This document shows positions 25,850 to 37,645 of a DNA stretch of 64,000 bases, piece after piece. Within the stretch, counting starts at the first letter, position 1; each line of letters starts with the position of its first letter. The stretch is from Lama guanicoe. Lineage: Eukaryota. The stretch spans positions 8,976,898 through 9,040,897 of the forward strand of contig MU054212.1 of assembly GCA_013239625.1 (NCBI GenBank), in the 5' to 3' direction. Under the pieces are notes generated by a model. The model made no database searches. It saw only the letters and a list, made by a program, of their open reading frames with translations, and had not been told where the DNA came from. Made by a program: the position numbers and the translations under genes.

Positions 25850-26090
25850 TCTGAAGAATATGTAATTTTGACTTGTTCCCATGAGCCCTTTCCATTCCAG
25901 CTGCTAGCACCATAATTTGGGGTTCTTGACACCTCTGTTTTGGACTTTTGTGACACTCCCTTTGGTCCCTCTCCTCCAGCAAGATTCTCTGCCAGCCCTT
26001 CACCCATTTTACAGCGTGATCTTCCTGAAGTGCAGATCTGACCAGGACATTCTGCTGCTCAAAGCCTTTCAAAGCCGCCGCTCCCCAACC
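25850..26090 (+). mobile_element. L2 fragment
   Basis: cagcgtgatcttcctgaagtgcagatctgacc..ctgctcaaagcctttcaa. Confidence 0.55.
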
Positions 26091-29000
26091 CCTAGTGTGC
26101 CCTCCGACCACTGTACAAGCTCCTCCTCCTGCTGACCGGGCTCCTCTCTCCTCTCCCCTGCCCTTCCCTCTGCCTGCCCTGGCCACCCCACCTCCGGGCC
26201 CCTTTGCTGCCCAGTTTTCCCTTGTTTGTCAAGAAGCAGTTCAAATCTGAAAAGGTCTACTTCTTTAATTCTATTTCTGTATCTTTCCCCTTGGGTGAGA
26301 GGTACTGGAGGAACCAGAATCCATATACACGTCCCCTTATATCAAGAGACTATATACCTTAGAAACTTCTTTCTGTAACCACATGCTTTGTCTTTTACTG
26401 ATGCTGTGTGTATTTCTGAGCCAGCAAGGGATTGTCAAGAGAGGACGAAGACAAATATGAAACTTTCAGTGACATTCCCTTGCCAGATGTTTGGAAAAAA
26501 TTAAGTCACTCAGCAAACGAACTGCCTTAGAGAAGATTATAATGTTGGCCTTAACTTCTTTTACCAACTTTCCATTTCCTTGAAATGCATGTAATCAACT
26601 ACTAAGTATCTTGTAAAACTTTTTTTTGTTTACAGAGTTTTTTCTTAAATTAATGATTACCACTAAATTGAACAAATTTAGGGTGAAAATGTTACTTTTA
26701 ACAAAAAAGGAAAGGCACAGGGCATATTAATGCATATAATGATACATGTTATGAGATGCAATCATGTTCTTTGGTTTTCCCACCAAAAAATGAGACTCGT
26801 CAGTGTTCACCTCAATGTTAATTAACATTTTGGAGGTGGGCTGTCATATGGAATTTAGAAATGCCCCACCTTCAAGCCACTGGACAAACCATTTCTGATT
26901 AGGCTCAGAGTGGTGGGTGGCTATCTCAGAATTGAGATTTTCCTAACAGCTCTACATTTTCATGTATTCTGAAACGGAACTTCACAGGGAGTAGCTTTCA
27001 GAATGTTTGTCTAAGTAAAGAGTTTAGGGGTAGGAAGACTGAGTAAAGTGTTTTATCCTCTGTTGTAGTTTCTTAGAAAGCACCGTGTTGCTTTTGTAAA
27101 AGCACTTTGATGATATTCCACATTAATTTGGATGCTTTGTACTCGAGAACCAGACCGTTTGGGGTTTGGGAGTATTACCATGGACCTGAGGTGACAGGGG
27201 AGTTTGGGTTTATGATGAAAAAAGGAAAGGCGTGTTGACTTCTGCTGCCCGGTTCTTACGATGCGACCCAAGTCAGACCCTTTTGTCAGAATCCACATCC
27301 TCTTGCTAAATGGGAATCTGACTTTGACAAATGGAACTGAAACGTTGGTCTGGGAGAGAATTCTCAACATCCGAGGGCAAAGATGGGTAGAAAAAGTGGA
27401 GGGCTGGGAGGAGAATTTGCAATGTTAGAATTGTGCTTTCTTAGTTTTACAATCGGTCTGGCCATAAACATATTAAATCCTTACCAGTATCAAATTCAAG
27501 GAAAATGTTGTGAAATAACTCTGCATGCAGTAAAAGGAATTTAAAAACAATTCTCATGTACTGTCTTCTCCTTAGTCAACTGGACTTTGGAATCTTACCC
27601 CGTAGCTGTGGTGTCATCAGGAACTCTCAGTCTTGTCTCTGAGGGCTTGGCTGTGCTCTGTTGTTGACTGTCTCCCCTATGGTTCAGGGGGTGGCCTCCT
27701 GGGCAGCTGGTGGCCAGGGCAGCTGCGGTGGCCTGACTCAAGTGGGCCCCTCCCGTGGACGCAGCTCCCAATTTAGCCATTGGGTTTGTGCATAAACATG
27801 CCACGGCCCGGCAATCTGAGCTCTTGCTTTCGGTTTAAATAAAAAGGCAGATGCTTCACACATGTTTTCCCGAATTGACATAAACCATGGAAGGAAAGAA
27901 TGCTGATACTCAATAGTTACCCTGTAGCAGCTTGTTCCTTTTAATTCTTAGGTTTCCTGTAAGAGCACACGCTGAAGGCGCACCAGCATCTGTGCTGACA
28001 CAGCTTAGGACTGATGCTCTTCTAAGTGCCTGAGGAATGGGTGAACGGGGCGTCTATAAATAGCCAGTTAGTGAGTCTGATGGACCTCAGTGATGAGAGG
28101 GCTTCCTGGGGCCAGCGCGGTCTCGGGTGGCCCTGGAGAATCCCAGCCCGGGGAGGAGGGTACGCTCTGTTTTGTCTTTCTTTTCATATCAAGAGGAGCA
28201 GATGCTTGAATCACAGGAATAGCCTGCTGGGGGAGTGTGGGCTCTGGAGCACAGGCTACTGCGAAGGCCTAAAAATAAGACTGAGAAAGAGTTTGCGCCT
28301 TTTCTTGAAGAAGACACTGGCCTACATGACTTTCAGAGGCGTCAGACGGCTTCCAACAGACTCTCGTGTCCAGTTACACTCGGTTAACTCTTCTCCCTCC
28401 TCCCGGGCTCACCCCTCTGCGAGGCTGATTTTCTCTCTGGATGCAGAGGCCAGGAAGGGAGGATGTAGGCCCTGCATGTTCTTATACTTGTCGCAGGCTT
28501 ATACCAGTCTGTCCTCACCCATCTTGGTCCTCCATGGCAGGGCCAGGCCCCTGCCACTGTTGAATTAACTGATGGTGCAGAAAGCAGACAAGTCACAATT
28601 CTTGAGTGTCTGTGGTCGCCCAGTCCAGTCAGGTGTCACACAGACTGAGACCTTGCGGCCTGCAAGTCATGGACCAGCTCCAAACACTTAGGGACTGTCA
28701 GGCACCCACCTAGAATCCCATCTCCCGCTGGCCACCTGGGAGGCCTGGCCCCCTCCAGCATCACTGAACACGTGTAAGTGCCAGCAGCTCAGTGCCCGTC
28801 GGGGTCTGACTGGTGGCAGTTCAGGAAAGTACATAGGAAGTCACACGGTCGGGGTAAATGGTGAGTGGAAAGATGTCTTACTGGCCTTTCCTTTCAGCTG
28901 ATGACTCCAGTGCTGCTGGGGTTTTGATGTTTACCACCATCTCTTTCACCCCCACCCTTTTCCTACCCGAAGGACAAATGGTGAGGCTAAATATGGCCGT

Positions 29001-30059
29001 GACTCAGCCAAGGCTCTGCAGGAGCCCAACAGGGGCCATCGGGAAAGACAGTGTCACCATCACAGGCTGTGTTGAAACTGGCATGCTGACCTTTCAATTA
29101 TCTTCGTTTTCACTAAGGTTTCATTGCTTGTGATTGGAACTGATTCAGGTAATAAGCTAATAAAGTATTCCCGGGCATATTTCAAAAACTAACACTTTTT
29201 AATGAAAAGGTGGATCAGGTTGATTTGCTGCATGACATTCATGTGTGAGGAAATACACACAATTGAACTAAATCTAACTTTTATGCTTTGATAACAAAAG
29301 AGAGATGCTTTTGAATTTCCAAATACTTAGTCAAGCAGTACCGGACGAGGAAGTTGGATAGCTTCCTTAGTCAGACTTTTCTCATCCCTGTAAATTAGCT
29401 GGCCCTGAAAACTTAGCTTCAGTTGAACCGAGAGTTTGTGGAGTGAATACTGCAAAGATCTTAAACTTTACGGTGTAAAGCAAGCCTGAGATTGTACATA
29501 GTTAATTGTTTGCATGGGCTAAATTTTAGAATGGAGAATGAAAGTAGAGTGGTGACTGGCTTTAACGGTTTTCTCCCTTTAGAAAATGTTTCAGAGCCAT
29601 CAATGGGCGGTGTACTGTTGAAAACATGAATGTGGGCCTGAGTCCCGTCGGGGATGCGAGCAGATTTTCTGGGATAGTTCTCCAGAATCAGTAGTCAACA
29701 GGAAGACAGCAGCGATGTGCAACCTTGATATCCAGCCAGGGCTGCCATGAATGTTGGTGGTGGTTTGGGGTCCTATGCCAGTTCTAGGGGTCAGCAGGGC
29801 CATGCTGGCTTCTGGGTGGAAGCACCTGGGATAAGCAGTCTATAATGGGGAAGGAGCATGCTATGTGAAGAAAGAGAACTGTGAAGGAGTCAGCATAGGA
29901 ATTGGTGGGGACCCTGCAGGCCAGGATGGAGACAGGAAGAGAGGGCAGGGGTCTCACAGGTCCCAGTACACCCAAAGCCTCTCTCCTCCTAGATGGGCAT
30001 ACAACCGTCAGTTTTGGAGTAGGGATGGCACTTCAACAAGATGTATGGTTTTTATTTTA

Positions 30060-30670
30060 ATTTTTTAAAGTTCTTTAATTAAATCCTATATTTTTGACAA
30101 ATTGACATATCCACATGGCTGCAACTTTAAAAAGTATAGAATGATGTGTAGTAAACTTTCCTGCCTTCTTACCCTAGCCATGTTCTCCACTCCCACTCCC
30201 AAAGCTCCCCAATTTGCCACTGCTTGTAATCGGTGTTATTAATTCTCTGTGTTTCTATATGTGAATAAAAATGCATAATTTATTCCCCTTTTAAAAATAA
30301 AAGAGATACCATATCATATCATATGCACTTTTTGCATTTAGTATTTCTTGAGGGGCTTACCATATTGGTAAATAGGGAGCTTCCTGTTTCTTTTTGACAG
30401 CTGCATAATATTCCATGGCATGCATTATAGGAACCTTTATTTACTCCATCTCCTATTAATGACTAGTTGGCCTGTTGCCTATTGTTGGCCGTAGTAAACA
30501 ACGCTGCAGTGAATAACTCTATATGCCATTTTGCACACATGCAAGTTTACCTGTAGGATAAACTCCAGAAGGTGGGATTCCTGGGTCAAGTGGTCTGTGC
30601 ACCTATAATTTTGATAGATTTTTTGCCAGATTGCCTTCTAAAGAACTTGTTCTCATTTGCCACCAGCAAT
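30060..30670 (-). mobile_element. Old L1ME-type 3' region
   Basis: cagctgcataatattccatgg..aaacaacgctgcagtgaataac..gtaggataaactccagaaggtgggattcctgggtcaa. Confidence 0.7.
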
Positions 30671-32119
30671 TTGAGGTTGGTCAATTCAGATGAAAGGAAT
30701 ACCTCTTTGGGCATCAAACTGTGATGCAGAAAGCATATTCTATGTGCATGTCTGAAAGCACCATCAGAAAGGTGACAGCAGTGCTTCCCAGCAGAGCAGG
30801 GGATCACCGAGTCCTGGCTTCCTGTAAGACTGACCCACTGGGGACAGCAGAGCCTTTGTATCCAGCCCAGGGCCCCTGCCTAATGGTGTGTGAACAGGTG
30901 TGAGATCCAAGTCACCCTCCAGGCTGCCCAGAGGGGTGCCTTGCTCTAATCCCCCAGCAGCAGCCCTGGCTGAAAAAGCCTTTTGAGAAACAAAGAGGAT
31001 GCAGTTTAGGTTAGAAAACAGTGTCCCTGAGTAAGCCCTTGGTGAATTAGATTAAATTAAACATGGATGGGTCGCTGTCTTTATTAGATGTGCAGGAAGG
31101 GTGTAATCGGAGAGAGGAGCAGTCAGCTTGCATTATGAGTGTTTTTAACATTGAACAGAAAAGAATTAATGTTGCCATTATTTCAACACGAGGCGTGAAA
31201 CCACCAAGCTAGAGTTGCTAGGTTGGGGAATACAGCCCAGGGGGCCTTTCTGGGTGTCCCACTGCCTCGGCTTCCCCACTACTCCTTGCTTCAGCCTCCT
31301 GGGGATTCCCAGTACACCTGTCCGCCTCACCCCTCTGCCTGCTTCTCCACCTCCTGAAGCCTCGGGTCCAAATCCTTCCTCTGCTCTCAATTTACAAATT
31401 TAACTCATGAAATTTTTTTTCAGGTAATAAGAGCCATACATGTTTATGATAGAAAATTTGCAATGTTAGTGATTTCAATCTGGGATTCCAGTTTTGGAAT
31501 TTGTTAGAGATTAGATTGAATTGGAGATAAAGAATGAGCAGGTGTGGGAAAGGAGGTTGGAAACGGACTGAGTTCAATTTGGGTGACATTCTTAAAGGAT
31601 GGGGGGCAGCAGAAATTATCTCACCACATTTTTGACCACTAGGAAAGTGCGAAGCAAAGGCAACCTAACAGCATTTTGCTGGGCTGAATCTGATGCGAAT
31701 TCCTGAACACACAGTGAGAATTAGAATGATCGTCGGTGCTAAGAATGTGTTCGGGGTCACTAATCACACAGAGGGGCTGATTTGGAAATACTGTGCTGTC
31801 TTTTCAATGCATTGAATCATACTGCTTTATAAAGTGAATAATAGTGAAAAGTTCCCGGGGACCCCATAGAAGGGCTTTGCTCCGTGGGCACAGTGTTAGA
31901 GGCCACGTGACAACAACACACACTTCTGAAGGTGGAGAAAACACCAGAATGATTGCAGGCTCGCACATAAATGCAGGACACACCCAGGTTTCTATGAACG
32001 GTTGGTATAGAGTGAATACAGTGGTGTACAATAATGCAGTCAAAATTTAAACAAAATCCCCCTTCTCACTTTCCCTCATCCAGCTATAGTTTTTCACAGC
32101 AATTATCTCTTTATATTAT

Positions 32120-32630
32120 ACATTCATTTCTGTATAACCCTTGTTTTAAAAACATATATTTGTTCTAACACGACTGATATCTTCGGAAACACTTTGGGCA
32201 TAACCTAGGTTTCACATTTGCTGATGGGCAATTTTCTTTGCAAAAGCACCAGATAAATGCAGCAAACTGCACCCAGCCGAGCCAAGCCACACGGGGATAC
32301 ACAGAACACACACGTGCACACACCTCAGACATCTCCCAGCTGCCTCAGTTCTTGTCTCGTTGTCTGAGGCACACCCTGTCCACATGTGGTGACTTTTGTC
32401 CAGTTTCTGATAACCTTCCTTGCCGCCCCACAATTCCTCACGTGCTGCGGTCTTTCTGGCCCCTACATCCATCGGCCAACTTCAGGTTCCTTTCCTGTGT
32501 AAAGTGCCCTGTTAGCTGTAGTGTTGATGTATTTCATAACTGTTCAGCATATACAAAATTGTGCTGTAGTTTTTTTTTTTTTAGGTTCTTGTCTTTTTTC
32601 CCCCGCATGCCCTTTGGTTTTGGGTGAGTG
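32120..32630. mobile_element. Ancient TcMar/Tigger-like element (MamRep137-like)
   Basis: cacacctcagacatctcccagctgcctcagttc..aacttcagg..gtaaagtgcc resembles my recollection of the consensus. The family name is uncertain. Confidence 0.45.
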
Positions 32631-32699
32631 ATTTTTGCATAGCATGGTGATTTGCAGGAGCGTACGTGGTGTCACAGCAGCACTGACTACTTGAGGACG

Positions 32700-32868
32700 A
32701 TTACCTCGTTGTGTTCACTGTTGTCCTGTCTCTCTGGCCCCCCACCCCCGCCCCATGTCAGTTCACGGTGGGCAGGGTCTCCTGATCATTTGCTTTTGCA
32801 TCTATAGCATCTTCTCAGTATCTGGCCCTGAGCAGGGGCTCAACAAGTAGTTGCTGAATGACTGACTC
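32700..32868 (+). mobile_element. L2 3' end
   Basis: gggcaggg..gctcaacaagtagttgctgaatgactgact tail. Confidence 0.6.
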
Positions 32869-33299
32869 ACCAGACCTTTGACTGAAAATCACATTCTGGC
32901 CATACTCTGTTGCAGATGAATGGTTCTGTTAAAGAACGGGTTATTACAGTTAAGGGATTGATGATAGCAGTTGAGTTTGGCAGACACATCTGTCTCTTGG
33001 GCTGACACAGCTTATCAAGGGAGGCAGGAATGGAAATGTGGGGTATAGGTCACAGAGCTTCTTAGAATTTGAATTCTGGAAGAAGCGTTCTGATAGTGTA
33101 TTCAAAATCAGTTAAAGGAAAAACAATCAGAATAGCCAACATGGCCAGACCTACCAACGGGGCAGTTATGTTCATTTAGTAAAATCAGAAAAAGAAGAGA
33201 TCCTAATGATGGCGTGGGACCACAAAATAATTTAATAAACAAAAAAGGAAATTCTTTTAAATTCAGAAAATATTTTCGGTCAGTTGTTAGGAAGGACCT

Positions 33300-33301
<2 letters not shown>

Positions 33302-33337
<36 letters not shown>
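33302..33337. repeat. (GT)18 microsatellite
   Basis: Read directly from the sequence. Confidence 0.98.
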
Positions 33338-33341
<4 letters not shown>

Positions 33342-33549
33342 CTAACTGAATTTCTTAAGTCATTGCATCATTGCTCCAGCACCTGTCAGGTATATTTAAA
33401 ATACATATGTGGTTAGCACTTAGTAAATGAAGGCGTGGATCGAGTGTGCATGTTAAACTCTTGGCTAGAATTATAGATGGGGATGTGTGTGCAAGCACAC
33501 ATGTACCCGTATGTGTGGAACTTTGTGATGCGGTGATGGGAGCAGTTTC

Positions 33550-33700
33550 TGTGCATTATTTCATTTCATCCTCACAATAGCCCTGCAGGATAGGAGCTGT
33601 TAGTCTCATCCTGCAGATGAAGAAACTGAGGCCCAGGGAGACTAAACAACTCCATGGTGAGCGGTGGGCCTGAGATTTGAGGGTTTTGAAGGCAAAGCCA
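33550..33700 (-). mobile_element. MIR
   Basis: tcatttcatcctcacaatagccctg..cagatgaagaaactgaggcccag. Confidence 0.75.
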
Positions 33701-34569
33701 GTGCCTCCATGCACTGAGAGCATTTCACTAGGTCCTGGTGGTTTCAATTAAGAAAACCGTCTTCTGCCCTCCAGGAGCCGGTGATAGAGATGTAAGGAAG
33801 AAAGAACAGTGCAATTGGTACCCAAGTGAGGAGAGCATGAGGAATCGTAGCGGGGCAAGTGCTTGACTGCTTTATATGATGGGCACCCCATCCACTGACT
33901 AGGTGCTTTGGGAGGTGCCCTTGACATCAAAAGGAGGCAAAATATGCAAAGAAGCAGAACGCATAGGCACATGCATAAAGGAAGGAACTGCCATTTATTC
34001 AGGTCCTACGTCACGCTAAGCATTGGACTGGAGGCTTTTTATACCTTGTGTTAGTAACTAATGCTTTTGGGGCTGGATTTTGTGGATATGTGCTTTTCCT
34101 TGTGTCTCGTTTAATCTTTACAGTGCCTACCCACCCACTCCCGGTCCCACGGTTGGTTCTCTTATGATCTTCATTTCCCATAAAACTCGAAGAATATGTG
34201 CAAAGTCACACAGTCAGTGGCTTTGTTTAGTCCTCACCCACCAAGCAGTGTGGGAGGAATTATTTTTAGGAAAGACACACAGTGAGGAAGTAGCACAGTT
34301 GGGATTTGGACTCAGATCTGTCTTCACAGCGTTTGCTTCTCCCATTACAAATAAGGTACATGTTGTGGTGTGTTTCTAGAAAAATTATGGGAGGAGATCT
34401 GAGACAGAGGCGATTAAGTTCCTAGAAAGCGTAATACAAATATATGTGTGCTTAGAATGATGGAGACCTTACATTTAGAAGAAAAACAAGATTATCAAGT
34501 TGTCACAGTTTACAGAGACGTGGCTTAAAATATGGTAACTAATGAGACAAAGGTGATTATGGTGCCAGC

Positions 34570-35055
34570 AGAGGGATTCTTCTCAAAATCAGATCGGATC
34601 CTGTCTCTCTTCCAAAACACAGTCCTTCCTGGCTCCCGCTGTCTACAGAGTATGATTCTTGGCCTGTCTGCCGTTGTGGTCAGTCTCCCGCCACCTCCCC
34701 AGGCAGCTCACACAAACGCTCCTCTCTCCAGCTCTGAATACCCTCTGTGTTTTCATCTAATAATACAGTTAAGGCTCTTCTTTCTTCCCAAAGGCACCAC
34801 CTCTTTCCCTCTTGCAAAATCTAGTTCAGTTACCTTGAGGAAGACTCTTCCCAACCCCTTAGTTGTCTCATCTTCTGTTACCCAGAACTTTGCTAACTTT
34901 ACTCTCATGAATTTGGGACACTGGTTTGCAGCCATCGGCTGACTCTCCTAATGGTCCAGGGATTTTCACGGATTGAGGCTATCTCTTCCCCACATTCATG
35001 CTCCTGGTGCCCAGTTGGTGTTTGTGGAATGGGTAGGTGGATGGATGGATGAATG
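34570..35055 (+). mobile_element. Degraded L2
   Basis: aaaatcagatcggatcctgtctctct at the start and a ggatggatgaatg-type tail at the end. Confidence 0.45.
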
Positions 35056-35073
35056 GGGACCATACTACATTGC

Positions 35074-35235
35074 CTGACTTTCAGTAAACATTTTTCTCAC
35101 TTTCTGACTTTCAGTATAAATTGTTTTCACTTTCTGACTTTCAGTATAAGTTTTTCCACACTTTCTGACCTTCAGTGTAAGTTTTTCACACTTTCTGACT
35201 TTCAATGTAAGTTTTTCACACTTTCTGACTTTCAG
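35074..35235. repeat. Minisatellite, 30-31-bp unit x ~5.4
   Basis: The core ctgac(t/c)ttca recurs at 35074, 35104, 35134, 35165, 35195 and 35225. Unit approximately ctgactttcagtgtaagtttttcacacttt. Confidence 0.95.
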
Positions 35236-35870
35236 AATCCATTTTTAGGAGGAGAAACTTGATTGGTTCCCTTAGGTCAGGGGTTCCCTCATCCTCTCTG
35301 CTGTGGCCAGAGAGATGGAGTCACAGGGTGTCGACATCTTCAAGCAAGATTGGGAGAGCAGGTCACCAGAAGCGGCTGTGGGCTGACCGGGCATGCCGGG
35401 CTTCTCGAGTGACATTTAAAATCTGATTCAGGAGGAGTCAATTGAGATGAGCATGCTGATTACGGGGCCACGTGCCAGCATTGCTTGGAATAAAGAGAGA
35501 GACCTGCCGTGCTGGTGCATGAGGCTGTGGCCTAGGAAGTGGCGCCTCATGAAGGGTTTTGAGGTCCAATTAGAAACTGAAGATGGTTTTCCCCAGAAGC
35601 CCGTGCCACCAGGAAATCTGGCCGAGTCTGACCGAGCAGTGTGGCACACAGGGGCCGGAAGTTCATGCAGGTGGCTTACTCTGCGGTGAGAAGCAGCGCT
35701 GGGCGGGCAGGCTCTTCAGGGTGTTCTGTGCATCTGCTGTGTCTGCTTACAGGAGGGGGATGGGAGTGACACCTTGCAGAGTATTAATTGCTACCAGTCT
35801 GAAAAGATCAGCACACTTTAATGGGAAAGAGGGGTGGAAGAGCTACATAGACTTACAACTAATGAGATAT

Positions 35871-36110
35871 AACTTTGTCATATAACATTAGGTGTTCCTA
35901 CTAGCTTTCTGTCACTCGAAATTGTTCTGAGTAAGACCTCCAGATACAGGACACTGATTTTTTGTAAGTGAAGACATGGCAGCCTCATGATATCCCGTGC
36001 GTCTGCCTGTCCCTTGTTGATGACCCAAAACAAAAACAAAAACAAAACACACCAACCACATTGTTTTTAAGCAAGTGGTAACTTCATCTAACTAACGCCT
36101 AGCCCACAAG
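35871..36110 (+). repeat. Left arm of 240-bp inverted repeat
   Basis: Reverse complement of 37073-37312 with 6 mismatches and no indels. 35901-36074 is perfectly complementary to 37109-37282. Confidence 0.97.
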
Positions 36111-37072
36111 AATGGCTCTCAAGGATCTCTCTCTGCTTTTTCCCTGTTAACCCAGATTGAGGAATTCTTAGGATTGGAGAAATAACCAGGCGTCAAGGTG
36201 AAAGAGGACCCAGGGCTTGACAGACAAAGGCCGTGCAGGGCAAGAGGGGGCATTTCAGTAGAAATGAGGGCAGGGCCACAGGAAGAAGCGAGGGGCTTCT
36301 TGGGCGAGAGGCGTCCCTGTTCCCTGGAGCATCCCGAGGTAGCATGCCAGTGCCAGCATGGGGGGGGGACCCTCGTTGCTTAGCAGCAAGGGGAAGGAGA
36401 GAAGCAGCCATCTGCAGGGCTGACTGCCCGCAGACCTGGGTGTCTCCTTCCCCTGCTCGTTTCCGTGATGGAGCAGAGCCTGACCAGTCCGCCCAGCTCC
36501 CAGGTTGCTCACCGACGGGAAGGGGTGCCTGTTGCCTCGTCCAGGCGCTTCACCTCAGGCTTTGTCTCCAGAAACCTTGAGATTCTGGATGTGAAGCTGA
36601 AAGACCTCAAAACACAGGAGAAACTTTGATCTCTTCTGATGGCTGAAGGATCTTGATTTCAAAGAGACCACAGCTATGGGACTTTGACGGCTGTGCTGAA
36701 CTAAATTACAGGTTATTTCATTGTACGTGGTCTCCATTTGTCAGAAGACTAGGCAAATAAGCCAGTTTTTTTTTCAAATGGAAAATAAACAAGGTTAAAA
36801 TGTCTATTCTGTTTTAACCTTCGAAGTGTGACAGTAATCTGTAGTGAAGTCTGTTCTACCCAGTACATAGTTGATAATCAGTAGGGTTTTTTTTTTTTTA
36901 AATTAAATCAGAAGCAAAGATTTGGGACAAGTTGATAAGGGTATTGTGACAATTTCTAAACAACTGCAGAATTACTAGGAGCCAATGTCCCGGGTTAGCT
37001 GGAAGTGAATGGAGGTAACTTTGGGCTCGCAGATCTTATTTTAGGAACACATTTGGTAGGGGTTCTTTAATC

Positions 37073-37312
37073 CTTGTGGGCTAGGCGTTAGTTAGATGAA
37101 GTCACCATTTGCTTAAAAACAATGTGGTTGGTGTGTTTTGTTTTTGTTTTTGTTTTGGGTCATCAACAAGGGACAGGCAGACGCACGGGATATCATGAGG
37201 CTGCCATGTCTTCACTTACAAAAAATCAGTGTCCTGTATCTGGAGGTCTTACTCAGAACAATTTCGAGTGACAGAAAGCTAGAAGGAACAACTAATATTA
37301 CATGACAAAGTT
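37073..37312 (-). repeat. Right arm of 240-bp inverted repeat
   Basis: See the left arm. The spacer is 36111-37072 (962 bp). Confidence 0.97.
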
Positions 37313-37429
37313 GAGATGTCAGTGGGTTGAAACCAACTAAAAAAGGTAAAACAGAAATGAAATACATGTTTTACTTCTTGGATAAAACTTTTTTTTTTAT
37401 ACTGTCGTGTTTGCTTAATTTTGTATTTG

Positions 37430-37645
37430 CTTTTTTTTAATTTTTATTTTTTATTGAAATACAGTTGATTTGTAGTGTTTCACGCGTACAGTATTGTGAT
37501 TCAGTTGTACATGTATATTTTCTTTTTCAGATTCCTTTCCATTATAGGTTATTATAAGGTATTACAGTTCTGTGTGCTCTACCGTAGGTCTTTGTTGCTT
37601 ATGTATTTTATATACAGTAGTGTGTATCTGCTAATATCAAATGTG
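37430..37645 (-). mobile_element. L1 3' end
   Basis: ttttattgaaatacagttgattt..ttccattataggttattataag..tatacagtagtgtgtatctgctaat. Confidence 0.8.

Noticed and set aside
28026..28568. 180-aa + strand ORF
   Set aside because: GTG start, no recognisable homology and no supporting splice sites.
35053..35262. Repetitive ORF and CRISPR-like periodicity
   Set aside because: It is the translation of a 30-bp minisatellite. The inter-core sequences are similar to each other rather than unique spacers, and the DNA is mammalian.
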